DNA of 59,278 nucleotides, counting the filler, from Asterionella formosa (lineage: Eukaryota): the NCBI GenBank assembly GCA_002256025.1. It is 6 parts of 6 records of this genome, joined end to end, with 100 filler letters (N's around TTAATTAATTAA, not from the genome) between each part and the next. Parts side by side here need not be neighbours in the genome. Positions count along the whole stretch, not along the records: positions 19,821 to 29,620 come from NKIB01010195.1; positions 29,721 to 39,516 come from NKIB01010198.1; 4 more parts are not named here. One strand, written 5' to 3'. The translations under genes and the position numbers were made by a program. This document shows, one piece after another, positions 25,948-37,574 of this stretch (position 1 is the stretch's first letter; each line of letters opens with the position of its first letter). The notes under the pieces were generated by a model, which saw only the letters and a program-made list of their open reading frames with translations, was not told where the DNA came from and ran no database searches.

Positions 25948-28509
25948 CTAAAAGTCTACATCAACCATAGAATCAAGTTCGTCCGTTTGGCAAAACTTAA
26001 CGGCTGCCTTCAAGTTCGCACGAAACTTTGACTTCTTCTTGTTTTTTGGGCTGGACTTTAAAGTCTTGAGAAAGAAAACAGATAAGCTCTCCTTCATACC
26101 TTCCGAGTCTCTGTGGTGTTCAGCCACTTCGCTGGTGGCTCCTTTGGAATCGCCAATTCTTCGACGCGGAAGACTGCGGTCGAAAATCTGTTGAATTTCA
26201 AATGGGTCGTCAAAACTTTCAAACATTGTAGAAAAGAAAACAGTAAGAAAAATCATAGCCGGCTCTTCCATAGTATTCGGAGCCATATCAATGACTTTCA
26301 GGACTGTGAGCCGCAAGCTGTTGTGAACTACCACCAGATGGTATAATAACTTGGCAAGGTTGGCGGCCTTTCGTAGCTTGACTTCTTCAAACTGTTTGAA
26401 TACATCCCAGAAAGCCAGCTGAAAAGTGAACTTGCACTGGGGTTGATAGTCACAGATTCGAGCAGCCAGATGAGAGTAGAAGGGATTGTACGTGGTTTCG
26501 TTGCCGCAGCATTCCATGAGAACACGAACAGTTTCTCTCTCAGTCCTGTTCGTCAGCATACTCATACGCACCAACTTTTCAAATGCATCGTCACAGTCGG
26601 CACTTCCCATCACGATACAAAAAGCAGACCGTCGAGAATCAGTATTCATTCGATATTTCGACGCTAGCTTCAGAAGCTCTTCCTCGTCGGCTGTGTCCTT
26701 CTGGTCACGACTCATTTCTTCGCTCCGGTCGCCACTTTCGTCCTTGTTGTCATCGGCGTCGTCACCATCATGATGCGTATATTGGTTCCCAACCCACGAA
26801 GCCCCAACCTTCCACCAGCGACCCTTGCTCTCTACACTCAAAATATCCTCCAGAGAGATACGCAAGCAAGAGTCTGCGGCCCTAGATATCCCAGCCGAAG
26901 CCGCGCTGGACTTGATTCGACCAATCTGCTTTCGGAGTTTGGCAGTTTTTTCACTAAATACCGTGTCTTGCTTTCTTTTTTTATTATTCTTCAAATCCGT
27001 CATTGCCGAAATCATGTAACCCAACCGTGAGGATGTGGGACGTCCCTGATTTGTGTCTTCTTGCGTTCGTTTTTGCACCATCAAGACAATCTCCTTCAAA
27101 GATGATGGATCGTCAGAACGGAGGGAATGACCACAGTGACTCAGCGTTAGTAGAAGGAGTTCCACATCGAGCTCGGAGAAGTGATTGATAAAGTGCCGAA
27201 TCACGTCATACATGAAAGTGGAATGAACCATGCTGTAATTGTATAAATAGCAAAGTACCAGCATTAGGTTACAAACTTGCTTATTGACTTCCACATCGCT
27301 TGGAGTGACGGCAGCATCATGGCTTGATGATAGTCGCGATGATTGCAATTCACTCCATAATTTCGTTACAACATGTTCTATCAAGAATCCACCAAGTTGT
27401 ACAGTGTCACCTGTCTGAACATGCACACCCACCAGACACGCGACGTACACGGGTATCATTCCAGTCATGAGAGTCGGACGATCCACTGAAGCATTAAAAA
27501 CATTCGTCCACAAGCACTCATTGACATCTGATGTGGCATGCAATGGATAGAGGCCAGTGACGGACTGAGCCACGGAGATGAGAGTATCTTCCGAGAGTCG
27601 ATTCAAAGCATTGTTGAGAGATCGCTGCAACCCTCTAAGTTTCTCCTTTCGGTCTTGATTATCCTGTTGGTTGTTTCTCAAATGTGGGGGAACATACTTC
27701 TTTGTCTGTGTAGCTGCTTTATTATTATCGATTTTGTTGCCATAAATATCTTCACCAACGGTTGGTCGATAAATGTGAGTGACATCGTGATCGGGCTCTG
27801 CATTTGATGCATCTCCCTTAATTGGTTCGCCAACTTCAGAAGCGTCGTCATCCACTGAACTACGATCCATTTGTTGAAGCGTGGGAATATCATCATCGTC
27901 ACTACTTTGTTCGTGTTCCATGCTCCCCTCGTCACTTAATTCGGCGACGACGCTCTCGTCGTCATTATCAAAATCCTGTGCGTCCATTGGTCCTTTCATA
28001 GGGACAAGCTCTTCGTCCTCAGAAGAATCGTCATAGTTGTCCGCAGCGTCGTCGGATGGATCCTCTGCACTTTCACTGTTATCCCGATCAGAAATCCCAT
28101 GAGTCATGAGATGGTCCAGACCGTCCAAAAAGTCACCAAAGTCATCACCAAATCCTTCTAGTTTAGCATATTCTCGATGTAAGCGCGCTTTTTCCTTACT
28201 ACCAGCTTTCAATCCCATTTTTTCTTCCAGTTCCGCAATCTCATCATCATCTCGTTTCATCGCAGCTGCCGTTTCAGCATCCAGGCCGGCATATTTGTTT
28301 TTGGACTTGGCTGAACCCTCATCTCGAGCCTGAGGTGCTTGGATTTTGCCAGGTGTCGTTTTGGATGGACGAACCATCACTTTCTGTTTCTTTTGGACAA
28401 GTGGCGGTGGTGGTGCGGACTCGTCATTTGGCTTTCTTTTCTTGGCATGTCTGTCTTCTTTTCGACGAGCCTTGCGGCTTGCAATGTTGGTGTTTGAGAT
28501 TTTCGCCAT
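25948..28509 (-). CDS. NOM1: Nucleolar MIF4G + MA3 domain protein NOM1/Sgd1
   Basis: KKYVPPHLR, LNRLSE, LRSDDPSSLKEI, LKNNK, GRWWKVGASW, MNTDSRRSAFC..M...D..DAFEKL, YNPFY; first ATG at 28509. Confidence 0.9.
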   Translation of the reverse strand: MAKISNTNIASRKARRKEDRHAKKRKPNDESAPPPPLVQKKQKVMVRPSKTTPGKIQAPQARDEGSAKSKNKYAGLDAETAAAMKRDDDEIAELEEKMGLKAGSKEKARLHREYAKLEGFGDDFGDFLDGLDHLMTHGISDRDNSESAEDPSDDAADNYDDSSEDEELVPMKGPMDAQDFDNDDESVVAELSDEGSMEHEQSSDDDDIPTLQQMDRSSVDDDASEVGEPIKGDASNAEPDHDVTHIYRPTVGEDIYGNKIDNNKAATQTKKYVPPHLRNNQQDNQDRKEKLRGLQRSLNNALNRLSEDTLISVAQSVTGLYPLHATSDVNECLWTNVFNASVDRPTLMTGMIPVYVACLVGVHVQTGDTVQLGGFLIEHVVTKLWSELQSSRLSSSHDAAVTPSDVEVNKQVCNLMLVLCYLYNYSMVHSTFMYDVIRHFINHFSELDVELLLLTLSHCGHSLRSDDPSSLKEIVLMVQKRTQEDTNQGRPTSSRLGYMISAMTDLKNNKKRKQDTVFSEKTAKLRKQIGRIKSSAASAGISRAADSCLRISLEDILSVESKGRWWKVGASWVGNQYTHHDGDDADDNKDESGDRSEEMSRDQKDTADEEELLKLASKYRMNTDSRRSAFCIVMGSADCDDAFEKLVRMSMLTNRTERETVRVLMECCGNETTYNPFYSHLAARICDYQPQCKFTFQLAFWDVFKQFEEVKLRKAANLAKLLYHLVVVHNSLRLTVLKVIDMAPNTMEEPAMIFLTVFFSTMFESFDDPFEIQQIFDRSLPRRRIGDSKGATSEVAEHHRDSEGMKESLSVFFLKTLKSSPKNKKKSKFRANLKAAVKFCQTDELDSMVDVDF

Positions 28510-28987
28510 GTTCCACAACCTTACCCCGGGTTAACGGGTGTCGAATGATATATCGGTTAATTCTGAGAGGAGAGCAGAAAGATCAGATCACTGTTCACAG
28601 TACACTCTTGCTTTAATTCTTTATTACCCGTGGTGTCGCATTGAATTTATTCTTTTGTTACATCATTTCTGCAGATTTTAGTCGATTGGAAGCCAGCATC
28701 GTACGTCTGTCCAGCGTCAGCGTTTCGTCCAATGATCGCCTGGGCGGAGCTGGTAAATCGATTCACGAGATTCCAGCTGGAATCTTCATATCATGATCAT
28801 AAAGCGAGTTTGATGCAGACTCACAGCACAGCCATGTTTTTAGTAACCTACTACTACTACCTGGTACCGTGTGTATGAAATATGATGTGGAGTACCAGAA
28901 AATAGTTGTGTACGTATTTACCGGTATATATCATGTTGAGGATGTTCATATCTCGGAATCTGCTACCGGTAGTTTTCTATTGACACC

Positions 28988-29600
28988 ATGAAGCTCTCTG
29001 TTCCCCTTGTTGCTCTCTTTGTTGTGGGCACAAATGCCTTTTGTCCTTCTGCCTTTCATCGACCCTCCACATGTTTGAATCTATTTGGTGGTGGAAATAA
29101 GGATGGCGGAGGTGCCAAGAAACAACCAAATATGATGGATCAATTGGCCATGTTCAAAAAAGCGCAAGAGATTGCTCAAAAGAAGAAAGATATTGAAAAC
29201 GAATTAGCAAAGATGGATTACTCGGGATCTGCTGCAGACGGCAAGGTGACTGCGACAATTAAAGTAAGTAATTCACCCCAAAAAATGACAAAGGATTATA
29301 CAACATTGAATTATGCTCATGGACCTTCCTTCCTTCCCCTCTTGCAATAATCCACCACGATGTACATAATAGTTTGTCCCTAGTACCAGCCCTATGGACC
29401 CTAACCCAGAGTACGCAGTGAAATCATTTAAATTTGATGAAGCATTTTATGAGGCAGCAACAACGGAAGAATTGAGCCAAGCTATCACGGACTCGTACCG
29501 ATCTGGTATTGTGGCTGCCAAGGTAGATTCAGAAGACAAATTCAAGGTGCTAGGAATGGAATTACAAGCCATGATGCAAGGTATGGGAGGCCAGAAGTAG
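28988..29600 (+). CDS. Plastid-targeted YbaB/EbfC-like (STIC2-like) protein; exons 28988-29263 and 29373-29600
   Basis: Signal peptide ending TNA|F plus transit peptide; MFKKAQEIAQK...ELAKMDYSGSAADGKVT resembles YbaB/EbfC; GTAAGT...AG intron of 109 bp joins the two ORFs in frame. Confidence 0.7.
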
Positions 29601-29620
29601 GACAAGAAAGTTCCTTCAAA

Positions 29621-29720
29621 NNNNNNNNNNNNNNNNNNNNNNNNNNNNNNNNNNNNNNNNNNNNTTAATTAATTAANNNNNNNNNNNNNNNNNNNNNNNN
29701 NNNNNNNNNNNNNNNNNNNN
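29621..29720. other. Artificial contig linker
   Basis: N44-TTAATTAATTAA-N44. Confidence 0.98.
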
Positions 29721-30557
29721 TTATAGTGCGCGCAATTCGCTGATTATCGGACCTCCCTGTGTTTTAGACTTGTTGTACACTTTCTACATACCGGTATGTA
29801 TTTTACCGTTATTCTGGCTGTCATGCTAAAATCGGCAATTTTGATACCGAAAAATTCGAATTGCCCTATATTGCCCCTAAATAAAAATTACTTAGAGCCA
29901 AATAATTACTTAGAAGTACCCGAATGGCAAAACGATAGCTGGAGTGGGAATTGCCGTGGACTGTCAAGATCTATCTCCCGCCGCGCGTTTGCGTATTATT
30001 ATTCTGCTATAATATACCGGTAGAAATCTTGTCTATTTCCGTTTTGACATTCCTCAGACAAGATCAAGCCTTCGGACACCTGTCGACATCAACAGCCTAG
30101 CACACACACTCTGACATACATCACCAGGGCAACTTTACTTGATGGCTTTTTCTGTTTGGAGGCTGAAAGTACATACGGAATCGGTATAGGCACTACATTG
30201 AACGTCCTGCTTCCACCTTGAACCTGCTTGGGCCGAAAATCTTGACTTATTTGATCATTTGAAGAAAGAACGAAGAAGCAATTATGCATAACCGGCATGA
30301 TCGCAAATGATGATTCTGTATAATAATATTAAGTCGAATACAATATATCTACCAGTTTTATTACACAATGAAAGCAACAGCACAAATACAGGATAAAATT
30401 GGTCACATTTGATCAAACAGAGCCCATCAATGAGTTCATATGATTACCGAAGCTATCTCGCATAATTGATTATCCCTGACTTGGAATTTCAGTGTCTACT
30501 AGTAGGATAGGCCATCAGTTTGTACAGTTTGGTTCCATTACAACCTACAGTTGAAGA

Positions 30558-32741
30558 ATGATGTTGTCAGCACTTACCTCAACAATGCTTTTGAGCATGC
30601 TATTACAGCATTCGTTTGGATTTCAAACTGCAGCGTCAAACTATCAAAGAATACGGACGACAAGCACTCCATTACTTTCAGGGGTCGTCGCCCTCAGTAG
30701 TCCATTGCCATGTCCTTCAGAATACAATTCGATAGAAGGGTTCAATCAAGCCATTCATCGTTTTTGTCAAGATCGGTCATCTGTTTTCAGCGCTATTGAC
30801 TTGCTTCGATCCGCGGAAAGTCAAAGCGACGGTGATGCACTCATGGCCATTCCCAACATCGAAACGTATGTGACAATCCTCAAAGCTTTGGTATTGCAGC
30901 GATATCCTCCTTCCTTGTCAGAAGAGGTCTTCGACAGCATGAAGAAGAATTGTGGACAAGTTAATGTCCATGCGTGCAATGCTGTTATTGCAACTTGGGC
31001 GAGGTCTCGAGAACCGGCTGCTCCTCAACGAGCAGAGCAGCTACTTGCAGAACTTTGGCAGCTGTACGATTCTACTGCGGATTCTCAATTCTTGCCGAAT
31101 CGAGCAACGTATATGGGTGTCATGACTTCGTGGGCATGGTGTGGCACAGGAGTTACGGCAGCTCGACGAACTGAAGAGTTGCTAGAAGAGATGGAAGCAC
31201 ATCGCGAAATACACAGGTTTTTAGCACCCACTACTCCCTTTGTTAATGCTGTGTTAAATGCATGGAGTAAGAGCCAAGCTCAAGGAGCAACAGAACGAAG
31301 TGAAATTATTCTCAATCGAATGGTGAAGTTAGCAAGGAGCGGGCGCCGAGAGCTGGAGCCAGACACAGTTTCGTTCAATACTGTCATTGCTTGCTTGGCT
31401 CGAAGTGGAGAACACAATGCTGAGTGGAGGGCAGAAGAATTGTTAGGCCGTATGGATGAATTGGCCAGATTAGGAATTCCTTCGGAGCCCGACACAGTGT
31501 CATTCAATACTGTGCTTTCGGCATGGTCCAAATCTCGCCAGAGAAATGCTGCCCAGCGCGCAGAAGATATCCTGAAACATATGGAAAGACGATATGAATC
31601 TCGCACAACTAAGATTGTCCCAGACACAACCTCATATACATCAGTGATTCATGCTTGGTCTAGAAGTGGGCATCCCCAGCGTCATGAAAAGGCGGGCAAT
31701 ATTCTTGCAAGAATGCACGCGGCGTACAAACGAGGCAACGAGGATGCTAAACCTAATGCAATGGTGTACAATACTATGATTAATGTATGGGCTAAATCGC
31801 AAGATCCAAATTCAGCAAAGTTGGCCATGAACATTCTAGGATTGATGAGAAAACAAGGTTTGCGTCCGGACGTCTTTACCTACACATCGTTAATGGATCT
31901 TTATGCGAAACAAGGAACACTCGAAGCAGCTGAGAAGGCCAGGGCATTGTTAGATGAAATGGAACGAGAATACAATGAGACTGGTATCCGAGAAATCAAG
32001 CCCAATGTCCGAACCTACACTTCGGTGATAAATGCCATAGCACGAACTCGCAAAAATCCCCAGGAGGCTGAGGCCATCTTGGATCGCATGTTAGATGCAA
32101 ATGTCCAACCAGACGTCGTTTGCTACAATGCCGTCATTAATGCCTACGGTTGGTCTGACCTCGAAGGCAAGGAACAACATGCCTACGCTGTCCTTGATCG
32201 TATGTTGAGATCTTACAAAAGTGGAAATACATACTCGAAGCCAGACATCATTACATGCAACTCTATACTTAACTCATGTGCCTTTGCGATCGGGAATGAT
32301 CGTGCTGCGGCCATGCTAGTTGCCATTAACACGCTCGAAAAATTCCAATCAGCGGCTCCAGAATTTGGATGGCCAAATCATATAACATTTGGAAGTATGC
32401 TAACGGCCATATCTCGACAAATGCCCCAATCAGAAAAGCGCTGCGATTTAGCTGAAGCTACCTTTTGGCAGTGTTGCGAAGCAGGTCACGTTTCTACTCT
32501 AGTGGTTCATTCGCTACGAGGTGCGGTGACACCGCAGCGATTGAAGAAGATTTTGGGCTCAGCTTTGATTGCCAACAATGAACATTTGTTCAAATTTGAA
32601 ATGCGAGAGTTACCAGCTAAGTGGAAGCAATTTGCACCTCGCAAAGCTCACAACGCTAGCCTCAAAAGGATGACCAAACCAAGTGCGAGACAAAACGAAC
32701 CCGAAATCACAAAGCAATACTGTGATAATCCCCCTAGCTAA
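30558..32741 (+). CDS. Pentatricopeptide repeat (PPR) protein, probably plastid-targeted
   Basis: 727-aa intact ORF with many PD/PN.VS(F/Y)N.VI.AWS repeats; signal peptide ending SFG|F. Confidence 0.92.
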   Translation: MMLSALTSTMLLSMLLQHSFGFQTAASNYQRIRTTSTPLLSGVVALSSPLPCPSEYNSIEGFNQAIHRFCQDRSSVFSAIDLLRSAESQSDGDALMAIPNIETYVTILKALVLQRYPPSLSEEVFDSMKKNCGQVNVHACNAVIATWARSREPAAPQRAEQLLAELWQLYDSTADSQFLPNRATYMGVMTSWAWCGTGVTAARRTEELLEEMEAHREIHRFLAPTTPFVNAVLNAWSKSQAQGATERSEIILNRMVKLARSGRRELEPDTVSFNTVIACLARSGEHNAEWRAEELLGRMDELARLGIPSEPDTVSFNTVLSAWSKSRQRNAAQRAEDILKHMERRYESRTTKIVPDTTSYTSVIHAWSRSGHPQRHEKAGNILARMHAAYKRGNEDAKPNAMVYNTMINVWAKSQDPNSAKLAMNILGLMRKQGLRPDVFTYTSLMDLYAKQGTLEAAEKARALLDEMEREYNETGIREIKPNVRTYTSVINAIARTRKNPQEAEAILDRMLDANVQPDVVCYNAVINAYGWSDLEGKEQHAYAVLDRMLRSYKSGNTYSKPDIITCNSILNSCAFAIGNDRAAAMLVAINTLEKFQSAAPEFGWPNHITFGSMLTAISRQMPQSEKRCDLAEATFWQCCEAGHVSTLVVHSLRGAVTPQRLKKILGSALIANNEHLFKFEMRELPAKWKQFAPRKAHNASLKRMTKPSARQNEPEITKQYCDNPPS

Positions 32742-35700
32742 GCTGCATTATATAGTAGAGAGTGGGACACGAACTAGATTGTACTACAGTCCATATGAGT
32801 GTATAATTCATTGCATATTTTCCTCTGTTGAACACTAGATACTCTCACTGTGGTGTCATTGCTGTTTCAATAGCCTTGTTACTCCGAGTTGTTGCAAGAG
32901 TGAGGAAGCGCCTAACAATGAAGAAAGTCAGCGTATTTGTAGTAGAGTCCGTTCAATAATGGTTTATTGACTTCTCCTTCAGTGTCACTGTAAGCTGCTA
33001 CTACTGGGTGAATTTGTTTAATTGGAGATCTAAATTATCCATCTTGACAATGCTTGATGAGAACACACCAGTTGAAGGGGCTGCATTAAGGAACAGTGAG
33101 TAAAATTTTTTGAATATTGAGGACCTGGTTGAACTTCTCTGTCATCAAACTGAGTTATGGAATGATCATGTGCAAGAAAGGTTAGGGTTAGGAGTTGATT
33201 GCAAAGATGACATTGCTCCAATTTTAAATGCACTCAGCATGATGGCGCCATATGAAAAACATCAAATGTGATGGTATTGTTGAATCATTGGCCATCATAT
33301 CAGAATTGGCTTTATGAAGGCAAGAATCATGAATATTGATGCTATTTGGGAGGCACTGTCAAGATCAAAAATCTCAAGTTCCTGCATTTTGCAGTTTAAC
33401 ATTGGATAGTTGGTAGCAGCAGCACTCACCTTCTCCAATTGAAATGCAGGAATTTACAAGAAACAAGAAGTAGCAGCCATGACGCATTACTAGATTATCA
33501 TCAAATCGATGATAAAGCAGGCACCTTGACCTATGAAACAATATATAAATTGCTAGACCTTTGTAACTCATTTGTATCTCTAACAGCAACAACAGAAACA
33601 AATTTTGGGAGGAGGGATCAATAGCAGTTATCAATATTGCAATTCATGTAATTATGGTATGCTTCAGTACTTCTTGCAACATTTACAAGTTGCGCTTCTT
33701 GTTGTTGTTACTTTTTATAGAGCAATGGCATGGGATGGCGTTCTTGCCTTTATTGGGAATGGATGGAAATGCCTTCTTCCCCACAACCTCAAGGAGAGGC
33801 TATTCAAGTTATTTAAGAAAACCACATTTCCTAAAAAAATGAATTTCAATACCACTTTATGGTTCGACATTTTTTAATGAAATGCAAACCATTCCTTGAA
33901 CACATTGCTAGTTATACCAAGTAGATGGTACAACAAGCCATGTATTATATTAACCTTATAAGCCCTTCTACACTGACTATACTTGTTCTCACTCTCTCTA
34001 ACAAAGGTGTTTACTTGTTGTACATTTCACACCAACATGGTGTCTGTATGCAGTACATTTATATTTACATGGGATGGATCACCATGATTAGTATGTGATG
34101 CCATGCATGGCTAGCTATTACTAGCGTGTAGCTTGTATTGCATGTTGTATTATGTAGTACCTGAGACAACATATGACTCCATCATTACTATTGGTACATA
34201 TGTACCTCTAGATTACTAACAAAGCAACAATGCTAGGCTAAATTCTAATACTAAGTAAAAAGTACACCTACAGCTCACAGACCTAGAGTCTAAGAATCTC
34301 TTAACACTCTTGATAACAAAGTAATGAGAACTTGGGATTACAATCTTGGAGGAATCCCACTAAACATGAGCTAATATAGATGAACTATCTTTAAACTCAT
34401 AATTTTAAAATTCACAATGGTTTATAATTTACAAGTGAAGATTACAAATATGTACCTATTTTAATCCTGAAAATCATAGGGCAACCCTAAGTAAGGAAAT
34501 AAACTGCCCTTTTCTGATAAAATTTTTTTTACATCATAATATGGTTTATTATTATTTTTGGGATGACTTGCTTATTGATAAAGCATTTTGCCTTTGTAAA
34601 TGAGGATGTTTTGGGTTTGATTCCTACTTCTTTTTTGAGAAGCAATTGTTGCATTCGATTCCCACAGTTGTCCATACCATCATGTATGATGGGGTTCTTG
34701 TCTGGCTGGTGGTGTGCAAGAAAAAGTGTGTAGCCTTCTTCATAGACAGTCAAAGTGTTGTGGCTAAGTTGATCATCTTTCATGAAAGGTAGTTGGGGAC
34801 TCACCTATGATGCTAAGCAACAAAACTAAAAAAGCACAGGTCTTTTTGGCAGGTCATGCTATGAAAAGCCACATGTAAGCCAACCACAACAAGGCCTTAG
34901 AACACATGATATAAAAGATTTACATTTTATATTTAATCAGTAATAGCTAGTCAGTATATCACTTGATGGTGTAGTGATGTATAAGAAAGATTGAGTCTTA
35001 AAATGGAAGGTGGTAGGAGACTCTGGTAGTAGGCAAAGGTAGATGAATAGAAAGGTCCAGACGATGACAGATTGTAGAAGGATCCAAGATTGTGTAGAAA
35101 TTAATAACAAACTGTGTGGAAAGGTCAAGAAGGGTGGATCGTGCAGGGATCCAACAAGGTGGTAGATTGTGTAGGGATAAGTGGTGGATCATTTAGTAGG
35201 GATCTAAGCTGGTGGATCGTATAGGAATCCAAGGTAGTAGTAGAGTACTAGCAAGCTAGTAGGTTTTGCAAGAAGGATCAAGTGGCAAGCAGTACTGAAT
35301 GTAGGGGAGAGAGTAAAGGTTGAAAGAAAGAAGGAATGAATGTAAATTTGGTTGACAAAACTTTTCAATTCTATGAGCTTAATTCTAGCTGGCAAAATGA
35401 GGAAGGTGAGGAAATGCCAGAAGCAACTAATGAAGTGCTGGTACCATAGACTGAGTAGTGAATCTACAGATTCCTAAGGGAAAGGTAGAGAAATGCCAGT
35501 AGCAAGATCAGAGGTTGTGCTGGCAGTAGACTATATATGAATGTACAGCCTGGTACCATAGACCTGCCTGCTTAGTACCAGCAGCATTGTGCTGTTATAT
35601 CAGTACTATGCATAAACCTGGTACACAGTAAATTCCTGCTGGGAAAAGTATCATAATACCACAGAACCATCTGACAGCTGGTAATACTACTAGGTACCAG

Positions 35701-36354
35701 CAGGTACCAGGTACCAGGTACACAGCCTGGTACTGCTAGTAAGCATCACTAAATTCCTGTGGCAGCCAGTATGCAAATCAGTAATACCTGGTAGTAAAGT
35801 GCTGCTCCAGCAGTATGGTGCTGCTGCGGTTGACAGGGTGGAAGTGATACTGTTGTTGGTTATATACCAGCATGCTCCTAGTAGTAGCTCCTAGTGCACA
35901 AATGACCAGTAGACTGACTGTAATGCAAAAGTTTAGGCAGAATACCTGGTACCCTGGCAATACTATCAGGTTTAAGGAAATGAACATATTGGGTTCAAGT
36001 TAGTGACTTGGATTGACTCTTTGTCCCTTTCTTGTGCATTCATATCAGTGGTTTCAGGTGTGACTTCAACAACTGGTGGTCTACTGTGACTGTGGATGAA
36101 ATTACCTTTATATTAACCTGGTGCATATGCCATATTACACATATTTGTAAATATACAAGTTTCTATATTACCATTTGCATTATAGATTACTAGTAGTATG
36201 ATAACAACATAGACTTTTTGTACAGGATCAAACTGGACTACTACACTACCGGTAGCAGAGAAATATTGGAACATACCTCTGGTATCATCACTATTCAATG
36301 GTGAACAGAACAGCAGTATGATATATGGGTACACACTGGTACCAGGTTCAATGC

Positions 36355-36740
36355 TGTCAAGAAGATAGCATCAATGGCTAGAATGAGTCACAAGGACTGT
36401 GGACTCGACTATAGTCCAATGAGTCAAATGGTTCGTTCCCAAGTCAAGAAGCTTGCTAACAAGATTGATGTCTTAGATCAATCAGAAGAAGGTTGATATC
36501 AACGAAAAGGGAACACAAAGAACAGGTTCTAGAAGTGCGATGAATGGGATTGAAATGTAGTTTTAGTTTAAGCTTTTATAATTAGGAAACAGTGAGAATT
36601 GACAGAGTAAGGTCAATGGCGAAAACTAGCACGAAGGCTAGCAGCAGAAAGAAGATAACAATACTAGTGGTACAACAAGTAAGACCAACGTAAGAGGATG
36701 CCCGTCAGACGGGAAAAAAAAAGTACGAGACCTTTTAACA
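36355..36740. mobile_element. Solo LTR, 386 bp, with 6-bp target-site duplication CAATGC
   Basis: caatgc|TGTCAAGAAG ... CCTTTTAACA|caatgc; imperfect inverted termini; no coding content. Confidence 0.7.
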
Positions 36741-37574
36741 CAATGCATGCCGGTAATACGATTGAAAATCGTAGCGAGCGCGAGCATAGTAGCCTGCCGT
36801 CGCATTGGCACAGGTCTGACGCATATATATGTGTCGACTGTATTGTGAAAAGCTGAACGACCTTGTTTACACCCGACTCAATGTGTCATTACGGGGCCGT
36901 CAGATTGTCCAACTACCGGCGTACGGCATTTGACCATCCGAAGCAGAAAATGGTTCCAGATTCGATGGACGAGCTATCCACGTGCTTCCCATTATGAAAA
37001 ATACATGTATGTATGTACATGAATATCAAATAAGTTTTGAACACATTGCTTCTTGAAATGCTCATATACTCGGCCCGCTAGGTCGGCCGCCGAAACGCTA
37101 GATCGTTCAGGTGGCGGAAAATCCAAATCATGGCATACAGGTACCGGTATGCGACCTGCTATCTATTTTCGTCACACGTCGTTAAAAATCAACAATAGCG
37201 GAAGCAAAACGCCTGAAAATCAAAAGGAAATCGCAGCGCCTGCATTGCACACTAACCTTTCGAGGCACTGTTGAGCATTTGAGTCGGTACAATAATCATA
37301 GGCTTTTGTGAAGCTGCAACCACTTTAAACAGCAGATCAAATTCCGAGGAGCGCCAGGCATTTTTGAGATCGCTTGTGCCGTGAAAGGAAGGGAAATACT
37401 GGTGGACGTGGTAGAGCCTTCCGACCTCTGTAGGAAGGACCTCAAGCCTCCTTCTCCACCTCGAAAGGTTTAAACAATCCGTGGAGTCGTGAATCGAAAA
37501 GCGCGTTGCGTGCTTCAAGAATAATACACCTTATTTGCGGAGAACAACAATTTGACGCAACCCTGTGCCTCACC

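Noticed and set aside
33030..36340. Short ORFs and ~25-bp GGATC-type repeats between the PPR and RING genes
   Set aside because: Probably old TE debris, but I could not recognise any motif to support a call.
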